Below are positions 12,560 to 24,150 of a DNA stretch of 64,000 bases, one piece after another. The DNA comes from Callorhinchus milii (lineage: Eukaryota). The notes beneath the pieces are model-generated. The model saw only the letters and a program-made list of their open reading frames with translations. It made no database searches and was not told the DNA's origin. Location: NCBI RefSeq assembly GCF_018977255.1, contig NW_024704742.1, forward strand, positions 100,380,001 through 100,444,000, read 5' to 3'. The position numbers were made by a program, and so were the translations under genes. Each line of letters opens with the position of its first letter. Within the stretch, counting starts at the first letter, position 1.

Positions 12560-13170
12560 TTGAAGGAGGCCATTCAATCTGTGTTGTGCCAATTTTCTAC
12601 TAGAACAATCTACTCTAGTCCTATTTCCCTGTTCTTTCCCCAAACCCTTTTATATGCTGTATTTAATTGTCATTCATGTACCTAAATGTATTTAATAGCT
12701 GTAAAAAAATGATTCAGCTTCAACAGGGTCCTGTGACAGTTCACTCCACACCTTAATAAATCTGTTTAAAAACATTCTTCTAAGCTACACCCTTTTCCCT
12801 TCTTTAAGCCTTCTTGGTGACCATTTAATCATACAGTTGAATTAAGCTTTTGGTATTTACTTTCTCAAATGATTTCATAACTCTAAACACATCTATTCAC
12901 TTCTAACACTTCTATTCTTAATCATCTCAGTTTCAGTAATCATAGTCCTGGTGTATTCGCCTTCCATCTTATCTGCACTTTTTATCCCTGGCATCAACTT
13001 GGTGAATCTATGCTGCATCCTGGCAATGGTGCTGATATCCTTTTATAAAATGGCTTCCAAAACTGCATGCAATACTCGTGTAAAGTGTAGCCAAAGCAAC
13101 ATCCTGGAAAGATTTAACATTAAAGTATCACAGTACCTCTTTACTTTTGTATTCAATGCCCAATATACTA
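12560..13170 (-). mobile_element. Decayed CR1 LINE fragment
   Basis: Reverse complement resembles the CR1 C-terminus (LEYC.QFW region) and 3' UTR. Confidence 0.65.
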
Positions 13171-13359
13171 TAAAAAGCTTAATATTCCACATAGTAATAA
13201 TAATAATAATCATTGCATCTGATACAGAATCTTTCAGGTTTCATGGATCTTCACAGGATTTACTACAAGGTGTAGTGACTGTATATTTTGTTGGCGAGCA
13301 TCTATAAACATCTATATTTGCCCTTTTCATGACTTTTTCAACCTGGAAATTTCCATACC

Positions 13360-13630
13360 ACACACACACAAACATACATACAGCTATGCACACCCATTTA
13401 GACACGGGCAAACACTCACACACTTTGGAAACGTACACATACACGTGGGCATACATATGACATAAACACACACATAGAAATGCATATACAGTAATAATAA
13501 ATGGGAATATATATGTATAATTATAGTAACATATGCACAGGCACACATACACACATACAAATCCACACAGATACACATACACACACATAAACATTGACAC
13601 AAGACATAAACACACAAAATACACATAAGA
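13360..13630. repeat. Degenerate (CA)/(CATA)-rich simple repeat
   Basis: Run of acac/atac units; source of the Cys/Val-rich spurious ORFs. Confidence 0.85.
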
Positions 13631-13911
13631 GCATATAAACTGCACCATTTTTGAAACGAAAAGAACACTCATTTGAAATCAAAATTATCCATACTGTGCC
13701 GAACCGCAGAATCTTTCCTAACTTTTCAATACACAAGGCTATGCTTTGTTCACCAATTATCTGTACTGTGAACCACTTCATAAAGCAAGCTGCCTCAAAA
13801 TAAGCAATGCAACTGTGCGCCATAACATCTGCTGAAGATAACTCTTCAGGGAATGCAAGCAATAAATTGAGCTAAACCAGGTAATTACTACAACCTGCTA
13901 AGTGTACTTAC

Positions 13912-14088
13912 TTAAATGGTTTTTCCCCCGTGTGTGTCCGAATGTGATTGTTTAATGTTGTAGCTCCAGCAAAGGCACGTCCGCAGAAGCCACATTTAAA
14001 AGGTCTGTCACTGGAGTGCGTGACTACGTGATTCCTCAGTTCTGAAGGCTGGGAGAAGGACTGGGAGCAATGTCCGCACTGGTAAGGC
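13912..14088 (-). CDS. PRDM6: PRDM6 internal coding exon (two C2H2 zinc fingers), 177 nt
   Basis: Acceptor ctttctttcAG|G, donor TTT AA|GTAAGT. Translates (R)[58 protein letters not shown](K). Phase 2 in, phase 2 out. Absent from the ORF track. Confidence 0.97.
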
Positions 14089-14494
14089 CTGAAAGAAAGT
14101 CACTCATTTGTCAGCACTTTGTACTCACACCTTAGCCGCTAAAGAGATTTATTTTGACCGCATAAATATATTTGTATGTTTCTGGTAATGGTTTCAGTGT
14201 TGTCTAATAATAAGCTTTGTTCAATCAAGTCGCTACTCTTTTTTGACCAGTGTTTTTTTTCAGAATGGTTTTCTGCATTTGTCACAAAAGGGCCACTGAA
14301 ATTGTTTTATTCTCGGTTCCATACAAATCTCTTGTGATTGAAATCAGTACCCTTCCTTATTGGGTTGTTAATACTCCACTTGATCCGACAATTTTAATGA
14401 TGCAAATCTTAACCTCCCTCTGCAGTAACTAAGCTGGTATCCTGCGAAACAGTATTCAAATGTTTCCCTCTGCAGCTGGCAACAACATTGGCGA

Positions 14495-14733
14495 CAGTCA
14501 ATTAATTTCAGTAATAATAGTGGTGGCCACTATTGTTTCAAGAATAACAATAGCGCCCACCATTGGTTTCAGAAAAAATGTTGACCACTATTAGTTTAAA
14601 CAACTATTGGTTTAAGATTCAAACCAGTAATAGTTGGTATTATTACTGAAACCAATAGTAGTCAACAATATTACATAAACTTAAATTGGCTTCAGTAACA
14701 ATAATGGCGGTCACTATTGGCTTCAGTAACATA
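14495..14733. repeat. Degenerate ~30-bp minisatellite with self-complementary units and an inverted block
   Basis: Unit about ccactattggtttcagtaacaatagtgg; reversed copy at about 14621-14675. Confidence 0.7.
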
Positions 14734-15039
14734 ACTCATCCAGATTGTCCCTGGTTATTGTACAGTATTTGGCAAGTGAGAAGAGCCTTTATTAAACAAG
14801 AGAATATTTTGTGATATTTGATCACCATTCAGTTCAGCCTGGGATACATCTTATTCAGCTAAATCTCCTACACACATCAAAGCCATGAAACTTAATATTC
14901 ACAAACTTTCAAACCATTCTGTGCAGATCAAGGTATTCAGATAACATTTATCTTCTATGTGTATTCCAAAGAGATTCTTTCAAGAGATAAGCGGAGTCTC
15001 CTTGGAGCTGAACTAACTCCAAGGTGACATGTTTGTCAA

Positions 15040-16840
15040 CGGAATGTCAGTATCAAGCCTTCCGTGGCGGTCCCAATATTCTGCTTCCTGAGTCTGATGA
15101 CAGCACAGCCAGCAGGACTCATCGGCAGGAGCTGGAAGGGCAGACCAATCACTGTGGGCAGAGAGTAATCGCACTCAGCTCCCGTTATTCCTGCAAGCCA
15201 AAGCCCTAACCAGAAGAGTGATCCTAACTAGACAAGTACAATAGAGTGGTGAGGTGAGTGGTGAGAGACTGTCTACTATGATAACTGCATGTCCAAAAGC
15301 TGTGAAGGTCACCATAGTGCTGTTAGCCTCGGTGCCTGTCACTTATTCAGCCTACGTGATGGCACAGATCTGCCGTTAACATGAACACTGATTGACTGCA
15401 CCTCATGGGCAGTGAGCACGTCTTGGCTAATTGGTAGAGATCACCATCTTCTCACGATGCCCATAAAACAGTGTGAATTGTTGAGGTTTTAAGATTCCCT
15501 CAATCATAGTTGTCCATATATTAGGGCTCTTCAGCCTTAAAAAGGGACATTTCAGAGAGAACTTAAATGGTAAAGGATGAGACTCTGGAAGGATGATATC
15601 AAGTGGACCAGAGGGTTCTCTTTATTAAACCTCTCTTGTGATCTTTTATGGTAACAATTCTCTAAGAGAGTTGAAGTCAAGCATAACTGCCTCTTGGAGT
15701 TTTGATCCAAGCACCTCTATATCACAATGTGCTATCTGTCAATAGCTTGTGATAGTGAGGTTTTCACAGCAGAAGCAATTGCTGCAGTGTTCTCAAGCGT
15801 AGACCTTGGCACAGAAAACTGGTGCTCCAAACAGTAGTCATGTGGCAAACCACACAGTACAATCACATATTGGAGTCTTACACACTACACACCACTTTCT
15901 CCAACCATATGAATGGAGCCAAGTGAGTCTCTTAACAGTCCTGCTGCGCTCCCAGCCTGTGGTAGAAAGTAGGCTTATTAATATTTGCATTGCCAGACAA
16001 CTCAATTGGGAGGACACAGATTTCTTGGCCTGTAGCAATGGGTATCTCATCCCAACACTGCCACTCCTGTATCACCAGTGCTCACTGCCTCACTCTGGGC
16101 TCCCTCAACAACACCAGAATCATGTCCAGTGCATGTATCTGAGGTGGTGCCTACATCAAGTAGGGGTGATGATGGTTCATGCTCTGTTGTGTGGTGATAG
16201 TGTGCACTGCGTTCTTATTGTGGCAGACCCTCCGAGGGATTCTTGTTGTTCTGTAGAGAGACCAGATGGTAGATTATCAATACAATGCCCACAGATTCAT
16301 TGGGTGCTACACTTTACTGACATAACTGAAACATTATCATATATTACATGTAGTATGAAGTGCTTATGTATAATCAATTTGTTGAATCACATTGTGTAAA
16401 ATTCATATAAAGAGATTGAAAAGCTGTTCCTCTTGAAACTAATAGCATTACTGGCATCTCGCAAACGGAAAGAAGTAAACTGCATTTTCTGCAGGAAATC
16501 CCCTGTATGTTACACCAACCTGCAAGAGCTCAGCTCTGATAAGATCTCAGGTCAAGGTCTTGGAAGAACAACAATAACTTGCATTTATATAGTCCCCCTC
16601 ACACAGGGTCATGTCCTAGAGCGCTTGAATGCTACCACTTTCAACAGGAGTGCTTTTCCAACCTATATATCTGAATAATTTAGTACCTACCACAAAGGTG
16701 TTGTTCAACTCCAATGTCCTATCATTTACATGCCTTCCGGGTTTCCTTCTCAAATAACTCCATTCTGCTCTCTTTGTAGAGCAGGGCTCAACTTCCATTT
16801 GTGCAGCAATTCATGCAATGAACACAGGAACAGTAGCAGT
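15040..16840 (+). mobile_element. Candidate highly decayed CRE-clade non-LTR retrotransposon
   Basis: Ordered motif remnants in shifting frames: RPITVG (15142), SCEGHHSAV (15298), SVDLGTENW (15796), QPVVE, ERPDG (16256), FT...ETLSY, AVPLET (16423). RT catalytic core not seen. Confidence 0.4.
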
Positions 16841-17039
16841 TGAGATAAGGTGTTTTCATCAATGCAAAATCTTTCCAATAGTACATTCATCTCTCCTCAC
16901 AGCACCATCATTGCAATTTAACATTCATTTGGTTTCTGCATGATTGCTGACATTTCTCGATCAGTAGATGTCCATGTTATTTCTGAACCCGCATATACTG
17001 AAGTACTGTATAAAAGAGTCCCACTATATTCAGCACTTA

Positions 17040-18315
17040 TTTGTGACCAGGCCTCTCTATGTCACCTCTTCCTTCTTGATCTCTCTGCTGCCTTTGATAC
17101 TGTTGACCACTCTGTTCTTCTCCACTGCCTCGCCTCTCGGCTCCACCTTCATGGCTCTGTCCTTGCCTGGTTATATACTTACCTTTCCCATCGTCTCCAC
17201 TTTGTTTTCACCAATGGATTCTCCTCTAGCCTTCACACCATCACGTGTGGTGCTCCCCAGGGCTTTGGTCTCAGTTCTCTCCTTTTTAATATTTACATGC
17301 TCCCACTTTGGGATATTGTTCGCAGACATAGGGTTAACTCAACACTATCTCTCCCCTCAGGCTGCTGAGATCATCATCCACGCTTTCATTATGTCCAGGC
17401 TTGATATGCTAACTCCCTGCTCACCAAACTTCCCAACTCTTCCTTCCACAAACTGCAGATTATTCAGAACTTTGCATCTCGTGTCCTTTCCCGCACTAAG
17501 CTCCATGAGCCGATGACACTCATCCTTGCCTGGCTTCATTCTCTTCCCAGCCCCCAGAAGATAGTGTTCAAGTGGAGTCCTGTAGCTCAGTGGTTAGAGC
17601 ACTCGCTTTGCAAGTGAGAGACCTGAGTTCAATTCCAGGCAGAGGGCGAAACCTTGGGCAAGTTTCCTTACTCCACACGCCTAATAATAATCCCTCCAAA
17701 ACAAAACAATAATAAATTGGTCATTTTCAATCTACGACTGTTTGTGGGACATTGCTGTGCGCAATTGGCTGCCGCGTTCGCCCACAAATATACAGTCAAT
17801 TCACTTTACAGTCTATTCTGTGAAGCGCTTTGGGACGTCCTCCCGACGTGAAAAGCGCTATATCAAATGCAAGGATTATTATTATTATTATTATTATTAT
17901 TAAGATCCTTGTTCTCACCTTTAAAACCCAGCACAGTCTTGCTCCTCCTTAACTCTGCGACTTATTAAAACTTTACCAACCTGTCTGCTCCATCCACTCA
18001 GCGGGCATTAGCCTGCTCCGTATCTCCTGTCCTGCCTGCTCCACTATCAGCCTTTTTGCCCCCACCCTCTGGAACAACATCCCGGGCTCCTCCACATCGT
18101 CCCCTCCCTTGCCCCTTCAAGGCCCATTGCAAGACCTTTCCTTTTGACCGTGCATTCAGGCAATCTTCTCTCCTCTACCAGCCTCCACATCCTCTTTGCC
18201 CTCCACCTCTCTCTGACCCCAACCCACAGCTCTGTTGCAAACCCTCATTGTCCAGTGCCTTGAGACGTCCTCCTGATGTGAAAGGCGCTATATAAATGTA
18301 ATTTGTTGTTGTTGT
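17040..18315 (+). mobile_element. L2-clade LINE (RT remnant plus 3' end) split by a SINE
   Basis: LLDLSAAFDTVDH, G.PQG...LLFNIYM; frame resumes after 17900; (TTG)n tail. Confidence 0.9.
17572..17901 (+). mobile_element. Full-length young SINE nested in L2
   Basis: Interrupts the L2 sequence gttcaagatcct; complete head, body and (TTA)n tail. Confidence 0.95.
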
Positions 18316-19204
18316 ACCTTTGCATGTTGGGGGACCTTCTATGTCCATGCTGAAAATCTCTACTTGCAGCTCCTTAATCACCAGCAAATACTGGTCCTCA
18401 TCAAAACCTGTTGTTTTCTGAATTTTTCATTCAAGTGTTTTCACTTCAAATTGTTCACTTTACATCTGGTCGATGCTCAGCTCATTCATTTGTTGCTTCA
18501 GAAGCATTAAATGTCCATTAGTGCCAGTTGGCGTTGGCTGACATGTCTTCGCTAACAGAAGTGAAATTATGTTTCTTCCATCTGGCATTTAGAAATGGTG
18601 GGAACCCGTCAGGTTTCGTCGGGAAAAAAAGGCGAGTCAACTTCTTGCCTATTTCTTATTAGGAACAGGAATATTGTACCCAAAGAAAAAAACAAATTTG
18701 TTCAAAAAAACTTGAATATTCAATTTTTCCCAGTGGAATTTTTCATATGCAAAGTACATAAGAAGCACTGGCACTGCTGTATTTTGTTTGAAATTTGGAA
18801 TAGAAAATTTGAATTTCAGAATGGATCTCCTTATTTAAAGTTTCATGATCCATTCATCAGCATCCTAAGCAATGATATAACTGCTGATTAAGATATTTAC
18901 ACAGTGCTTTAATTCTTTGGTTGACCCATACAAATGTGTGTGTGTGAAAGACAATCAAATAAAATGTTCTAAATATAAGAAAAATAATCTGGGTGCATTG
19001 TGTTACCATTTCGCTCACAAGTAAACTATCTATAGATTATTATTATTATTATTGTAGATTTGAAAAACATCGCTGTTATAACATTGTCAACCTCCATTAA
19101 TTCAGCATTGCCATTTTCTAATGCAATTTTACTCAAGTAATTGGAAACTTCTACAAAACCACAATCATTTCCAGAAAGAAATATAATGAAATGCTTTGAT
19201 TAAT

Positions 19205-19800
19205 TTAAGATAAATTATAATAATAATCCCTGTATTTAATATAGCGGTTTTATGTTGGGAGGACATCTCATAATGGTTCGTAAGATTTCCTCTGACTGTG
19301 CAGTGTGTAGGTAATCGCAGCAAGTAATCTCTCAATTTGCACAGAACAATGTCCGACAAACAGCCCTAATAATAAAACAATCCCTGCATCTAGCACCTTT
19401 CACATCAGTAGGCCATCTCAACAGGTTTTACAGGATTTACTTCATGCGTAGTGATTGTATTTTGTAGGTGAACACAGCAGCCAATTTATGCACAGCAATG
19501 TCCCACAACTAGCCAAAAAGTGAATAACTAATTTTATCGGGGCATTGTTGGCCAGGACACCAAGAGAAACTCCCCTCTCTTTTTGAATAGTGCCATGGAA
19601 TCTTTAATCATTTGAGTAGGCAGTAAGGACCTTGGTTTAACATTTCATCCAAAGGAAACACTTCCAATTACACAGCACATTTCTAGCACTATTAGGAGTA
19701 TCAGTTTAGACTATATGAGCTTGCAGTCCTAATATGATGCTTGAACCCACAACCTACTGACTCAGAGGCGAGAAAGACCAACAAAGCCACACTGACAATT
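19205..19800 (-). mobile_element. Two adjacent Deu-type SINE copies (tail fragment plus near full-length)
   Basis: Tail, Deu body (ggccaggacacc, aatagtgccatgg) and tRNA-like head (cttgaacccacaacctactgactcagagg). Confidence 0.8.
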
Positions 19801-20239
19801 AAATATTGAAATCAATCCTGGGAGATCATCTGTGCATTTTGGTGAATTTTACTGAACTTTAATGATGATCCATTGTTAGTACCCACAGCCAAAGGTTTCT
19901 TTTTTGATCATCCGGGTGTCTGACACATGTGGAAACCCATCATCATGTTCAAGAGTATCCAAACCAAACAGAGTTGCATGCATTCCACCTACATGTGGAA
20001 ATTCCAGAGATTTTATTGGAATGGAATGTGCACTCTCTCCCTGGAGGGTGCATCTAACTTATCTAATTCCGGAAAGTATTAGGTGAAAGTTGGCAAGAGC
20101 CAAGGCTTGGAGACTCCAGAGTTTACGTTAGGGTACTGACCAGTTACAACCGCATAGTTTGCCATTGATATTGCTGTCTGGCAAGCTTTTTCCACTGCTT
20201 GACCAACTCAGACCACCCTACTGCTTTGGCTTGCAGGGT

Positions 20240-21240
20240 TAACAACAACATCAAAATTACATTTGTATAGCACTTTTCATGTCGGGAGGACATCCCAAGT
20301 TGATGGACAATCAGTGTTTCGGATTCGACTGGGATTGGGGTCGGGGAGGGTGGAGGGCAGAGGATGAAACAGGGTGATCGAAGGCACGGTCGAAATGGAG
20401 GGTCTTGAGACAGGTCTTGAATGAGGTAAGGGAGGGGGCGAGGCAGAGGGACTGTGGGATTGAGTTCCAGAGAATGGAGCAGAGTGGCTGAAGGTCTGCC
20501 CTCCAATGGTGGGACGGGCGAGGTGGGAGACATGAAGCACGTCGGAGACCGTTGAGCGGAGGGAGCTGGCAGGTTGGTAGGGGGTTAGGGGGTCAGAGAG
20601 ACAGCGGGGAGCAAGGCCATGGAGGGCTTTGATGGTGAGGACCAGGATCTTGAACTGTAACCTCTGTGTGTGGAGTCAGGCAAGGATGGGGTAATAGGAT
20701 TACTGTGCCTGGTGCGGGAGAGGACACAGGCTGCAGAGTTCTGGATGATCTGCAACCTATGGAAGGAGGACTTGGGGAGGCCGACAAGCAGGGAGTTTGC
20801 ATAGTTGAGCCTGGATGTTATGAATGTGTGTATGAGGGTTTCGGCAGTTTGCAGTGAGACAGTCGCGGAGCTGGGCGATGTTGTGGAGGTGGGGGAAGCC
20901 AAAGCGAGTCATGGCATGGATGTGGGGTAGAAAGGATAGTTGAGGGTAAAACAAGACACCAAGCTTCTGGACTGGCTTAGTAAGGTGAAGTGTGCGTCCT
21001 TGGACGGTGATGCTGTCAGCACCTGAATGACAGACATTCTGTCAGAATAGCAGTGGTCCTGGAGTTAAGGGTGGAGGCAGAGAGATAGAGTTGGGTGTCA
21101 TCTGCATACTTGTGGAAGATGATCCCGTGTTTGCGGATGATGTCACTAAGAGGGAGCATATAGATATTGAAGAGCAGGGGACCAAGGACAGAGCCCTGAG
21201 GAATGGCGCACAAGATGGTTTGGGGGCTAGAGGGAGCTAG
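20240..21240 (-). mobile_element. L2-clade LINE fragment (RT plus 3' end)
   Basis: [37 protein letters not shown]; (CAA)n tail on plus strand. Confidence 0.92.
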
Positions 21241-21726
21241 ACGGAAGCTGAGTGGGAAGAATCCCTGCCTCCGATGATTGCTCTTCCTCTTCTCAAGTCC
21301 TATCAATGAGCCAACCTTGGGTGTGCTGTCATCAGCAGTGTCCTGGAGTACTGTGAACCTGCCTGGCTCAGGAACTGGACTAGAGATCATCACAGATGGC
21401 TAGCTCATTTCTAACATTCTGTTACTAAATGTATCACCTTGGAGCCATTTCAGCTCAGTGAATCGCAGGTAACAGGAACTGCCTGCGAGAGCACTGCCAA
21501 CATCTTACCTCCCAGAGCTCAGAAACACTTCCCTTCCCATTGAGCGATGGTTCCAACATTTGAAGAGGTGGGAAGTTTGAGCAGCAGCTACTTACTAAAC
21601 CAATCAAGGTGGATCTGAAACTCTGAATTCAAAATTTTCTGATAAATACAAAATAATGTCCACCCACCCTCCATGTCATGTGTGAGGTTTCCAATTGCAT
21701 TGCAACATCAATGGACAAAGGTGCTT

Positions 21727-22198
21727 CAACAACAACAAAATTACATTTAAAGAGCACCTTTCATGTTGGGAGAACGTACCAAAGCGCTGAACAGTCAGGT
21801 GTCGGGGCCCCGAGTATGGAGGGGGGGGGGGGGGGGTGGCGGGTGTAGGGGTGAGGGAAGGCAGAAAGGTGGGAGGGAGACCAAAGGCACGGTCGAAGAA
21901 AAAGGTCTTGAGACCGACCTTGAAGGAAGCAAGGGAGGAAGCCAGGCGAAGGGACCATGGGATGGAGTTCCAGAGTGTGGGGGCAGAGAGGCTGAAGCCC
22001 GGCCACCGATGGTAGGAGACATGGAGCAGGCCGGAGCCCGATAAACGGAGAGAGCGGGCAGGCTCATAGGGAGTCGACCGGTCAGAGAGGTAGGAGGAGG
22101 CAAGGCCATGGATGGCCTTAAAGGTGAGGACGAGGATCTTGAACTCGATCCTCTGGGGGATGGGGAGCCAATGGAGTCGGGCGAGGGTGGGAGTGATA
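21727..22198 (-). mobile_element. L2-clade LINE 3' fragment
   Basis: ITPTLARLHWLPIPQRIEFKIL...LKTFFFDRAF. Confidence 0.92.
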
Positions 22199-22257
22199 GT
22201 CATTTCAATAAATGCTTTGAGTTTTTCTATAAATGTCACCAATCTATTTCATATTGG

Positions 22258-22490
22258 GAACATAGGAACAGGAGGAGGCCACTTGGCCATTTGAATCTGT
22301 TCCGCCTTAATAATAGATCACTGTAGATATTTTAATCCCATTTCTCCAACTTTGCTCCCTATCTCTTAAGACCCTTACTTCCCAAGTATCTGTTTATCTT
22401 CCTTTTATGCATCCCAACCAATTCTGCTTTGACTTTTTGGGCAGTAGATTCTGCATTTTTACAACCCTCTGCGTGAAGAGATGTTTACTC
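22258..22490 (-). mobile_element. CR1 LINE 3' fragment
   Basis: aacataggaacaggaggaggccac start, typical of a reversed CR1 tail; ends about 75 bp from the exon donor. Confidence 0.7.
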
Positions 22491-22565
22491 TTTATTATGA
22501 TATGAGAATGATAAATGTGTGAGCCTCTTGCATTATCTGGGCTGTCTGTGTTTGATTCCGGTTAC

Positions 22566-22893
22566 CTGTCTGGGTTCTGTGGACACACGTGCATCTGTAG
22601 AAGAATCCGTTGAGTAAAGGTCTTAAAGCACTGTCCACATTTCCATAGGTGCCAGTCACTGAATTCTCCATTTAATTGGCTGGTTGAAGTTGGACTTGCC
22701 AGTATTCGTTGGTTCTTCATATGACCCTGGTTGGCTATTAACTCAGCCTGGCCTGACTTGTCACACAGTGACTTGTTGCATGATGTCCCCATGGAACGGT
22801 ACACACCGGTGGGAGGCATCTTGCTGGTCTTGTTGAATGACTGCAAAGTCTCATGTCTGGCCATTACATCAGCAAGAGACGAAGGGATATTCA
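22566..22893 (-). CDS. PRDM6: PRDM6 internal coding exon (linker plus first, atypical zinc finger), 328 nt
   Basis: Acceptor tttgtttccaaAG|TG, donor GAC AG|GTAAC. Translates (L)[21 protein letters not shown]...[45 protein letters not shown](R), recognised as PRDM6. Phase 1 in, phase 2 out. Confidence 0.96.
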
Positions 22894-23344
22894 CTTTGGA
22901 AACAAAGTAAGACAATTAATATGTTTCATCTACACAATCGAAATTTAGAACTCAAGTACTGAGGTAACACAACTGCACACAATTCTGAATATTATCAATT
23001 TATCAATGCTATTATTAGTCTGCAATGTCAAAATTTCAGAACAGGGCATAACTTTATTTTTATGACAATGGGGTTTAAAATTCACCATCCGCAAACCAGA
23101 ACAGGCGAACCGTTGTGAGGATACGGAATGCCTCAACAAAAACAGTGGTTGAAACTGAATCCATCATTGGTTTTCAGCAAGAATTAGACAAACAATGGAG
23201 AAGAAAATTATAAAAGTGTATGGTGGAAAGGCAGGGTATGGTCTAAACAGATAGGTCTTTCAGACAGCTGGCACTGACTTGCTTGGTCAAATGACAAGGG
23301 TGGACCTTAATTATGAAAAGGTAAAAGGTTTGCAATTTTCCTTA

Positions 23345-24150
23345 ATAATAATGTTTGCATTTGATAGAGCGAATATAACACCAAACCACCTCAAAGATCT
23401 TCACAGCAATTACTGTTAAATGCAGTGACTTTGTATATGTAGACAAATGTGGCAGAAATTTGTTCACAGCAATGTCTCACAAACAGCCAGACTGTGAACA
23501 ACGAATGTATTTATTGGTCAGGACACCGAGAAAAATTCCTTTCTCTTTTCAAATAGTGCAATGGGATCTTTAGCATTCACCTGAAGAACAAGTAATATAA
23601 TAATAATAATAATCCTTGCATTTGATATAGTGCTTTTCACGTCTTCTAGACGTCTCCAAGAGCTTCACAAAATAGACTGTAAAGTGAACTAACCACATAT
23701 TTGTGGGCAAAATACAGCAGCTGATTGCACACAGCAGTGTCCCACAAACAGTCCTGGATTGAAAATGACCAATTTATTATTGTTTTGGAGGAATTATTAT
23801 TAGGCGTATGGAGTAAGGAAACTTGCCCAAAGTTTCGCCCTGCCTTGTGTGGTGCACATCCACAGATATGAAGAGACATCAAGGGACCATGTTGTAAGGA
23901 GGCACATAGTCAAGATGACTGCCTTGACGTTACTTCCTGCCCAGGAAATAAAGTTAAGAACAATCATCTTTACTATATGTAGATGGGACCTTGGCTTAAT
24001 GTCACATCTAAAGACCAACACTGCCAATAATGTCATGCTCTCCCATGCTGTACTGGAATGTCAGAATAAACAATGAGGTCAAAGTCCCCAACATCGGGCT
24101 AGAGCCCACTGATCCAGAGGTGAAAGTGCAACCAACTGAACTAAACACAA
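23345..24150 (-). mobile_element. Deu-type SINE interrupted by a 5'-truncated young SINE (about 23598-23845)
   Basis: Deu body resumes at about 23980 (agatgggaccttggcttaatgtc) through the tRNA-like head. Confidence 0.8.

Noticed and set aside
13241..13862. Cys/Val-rich ORFs
   Set aside because: Translations of a degenerate (TG)n repeat.
15806..16399. 197-aa ORF as a host gene
   Set aside because: No ATG start or recognisable host domain; better explained as part of the candidate decayed retroelement.
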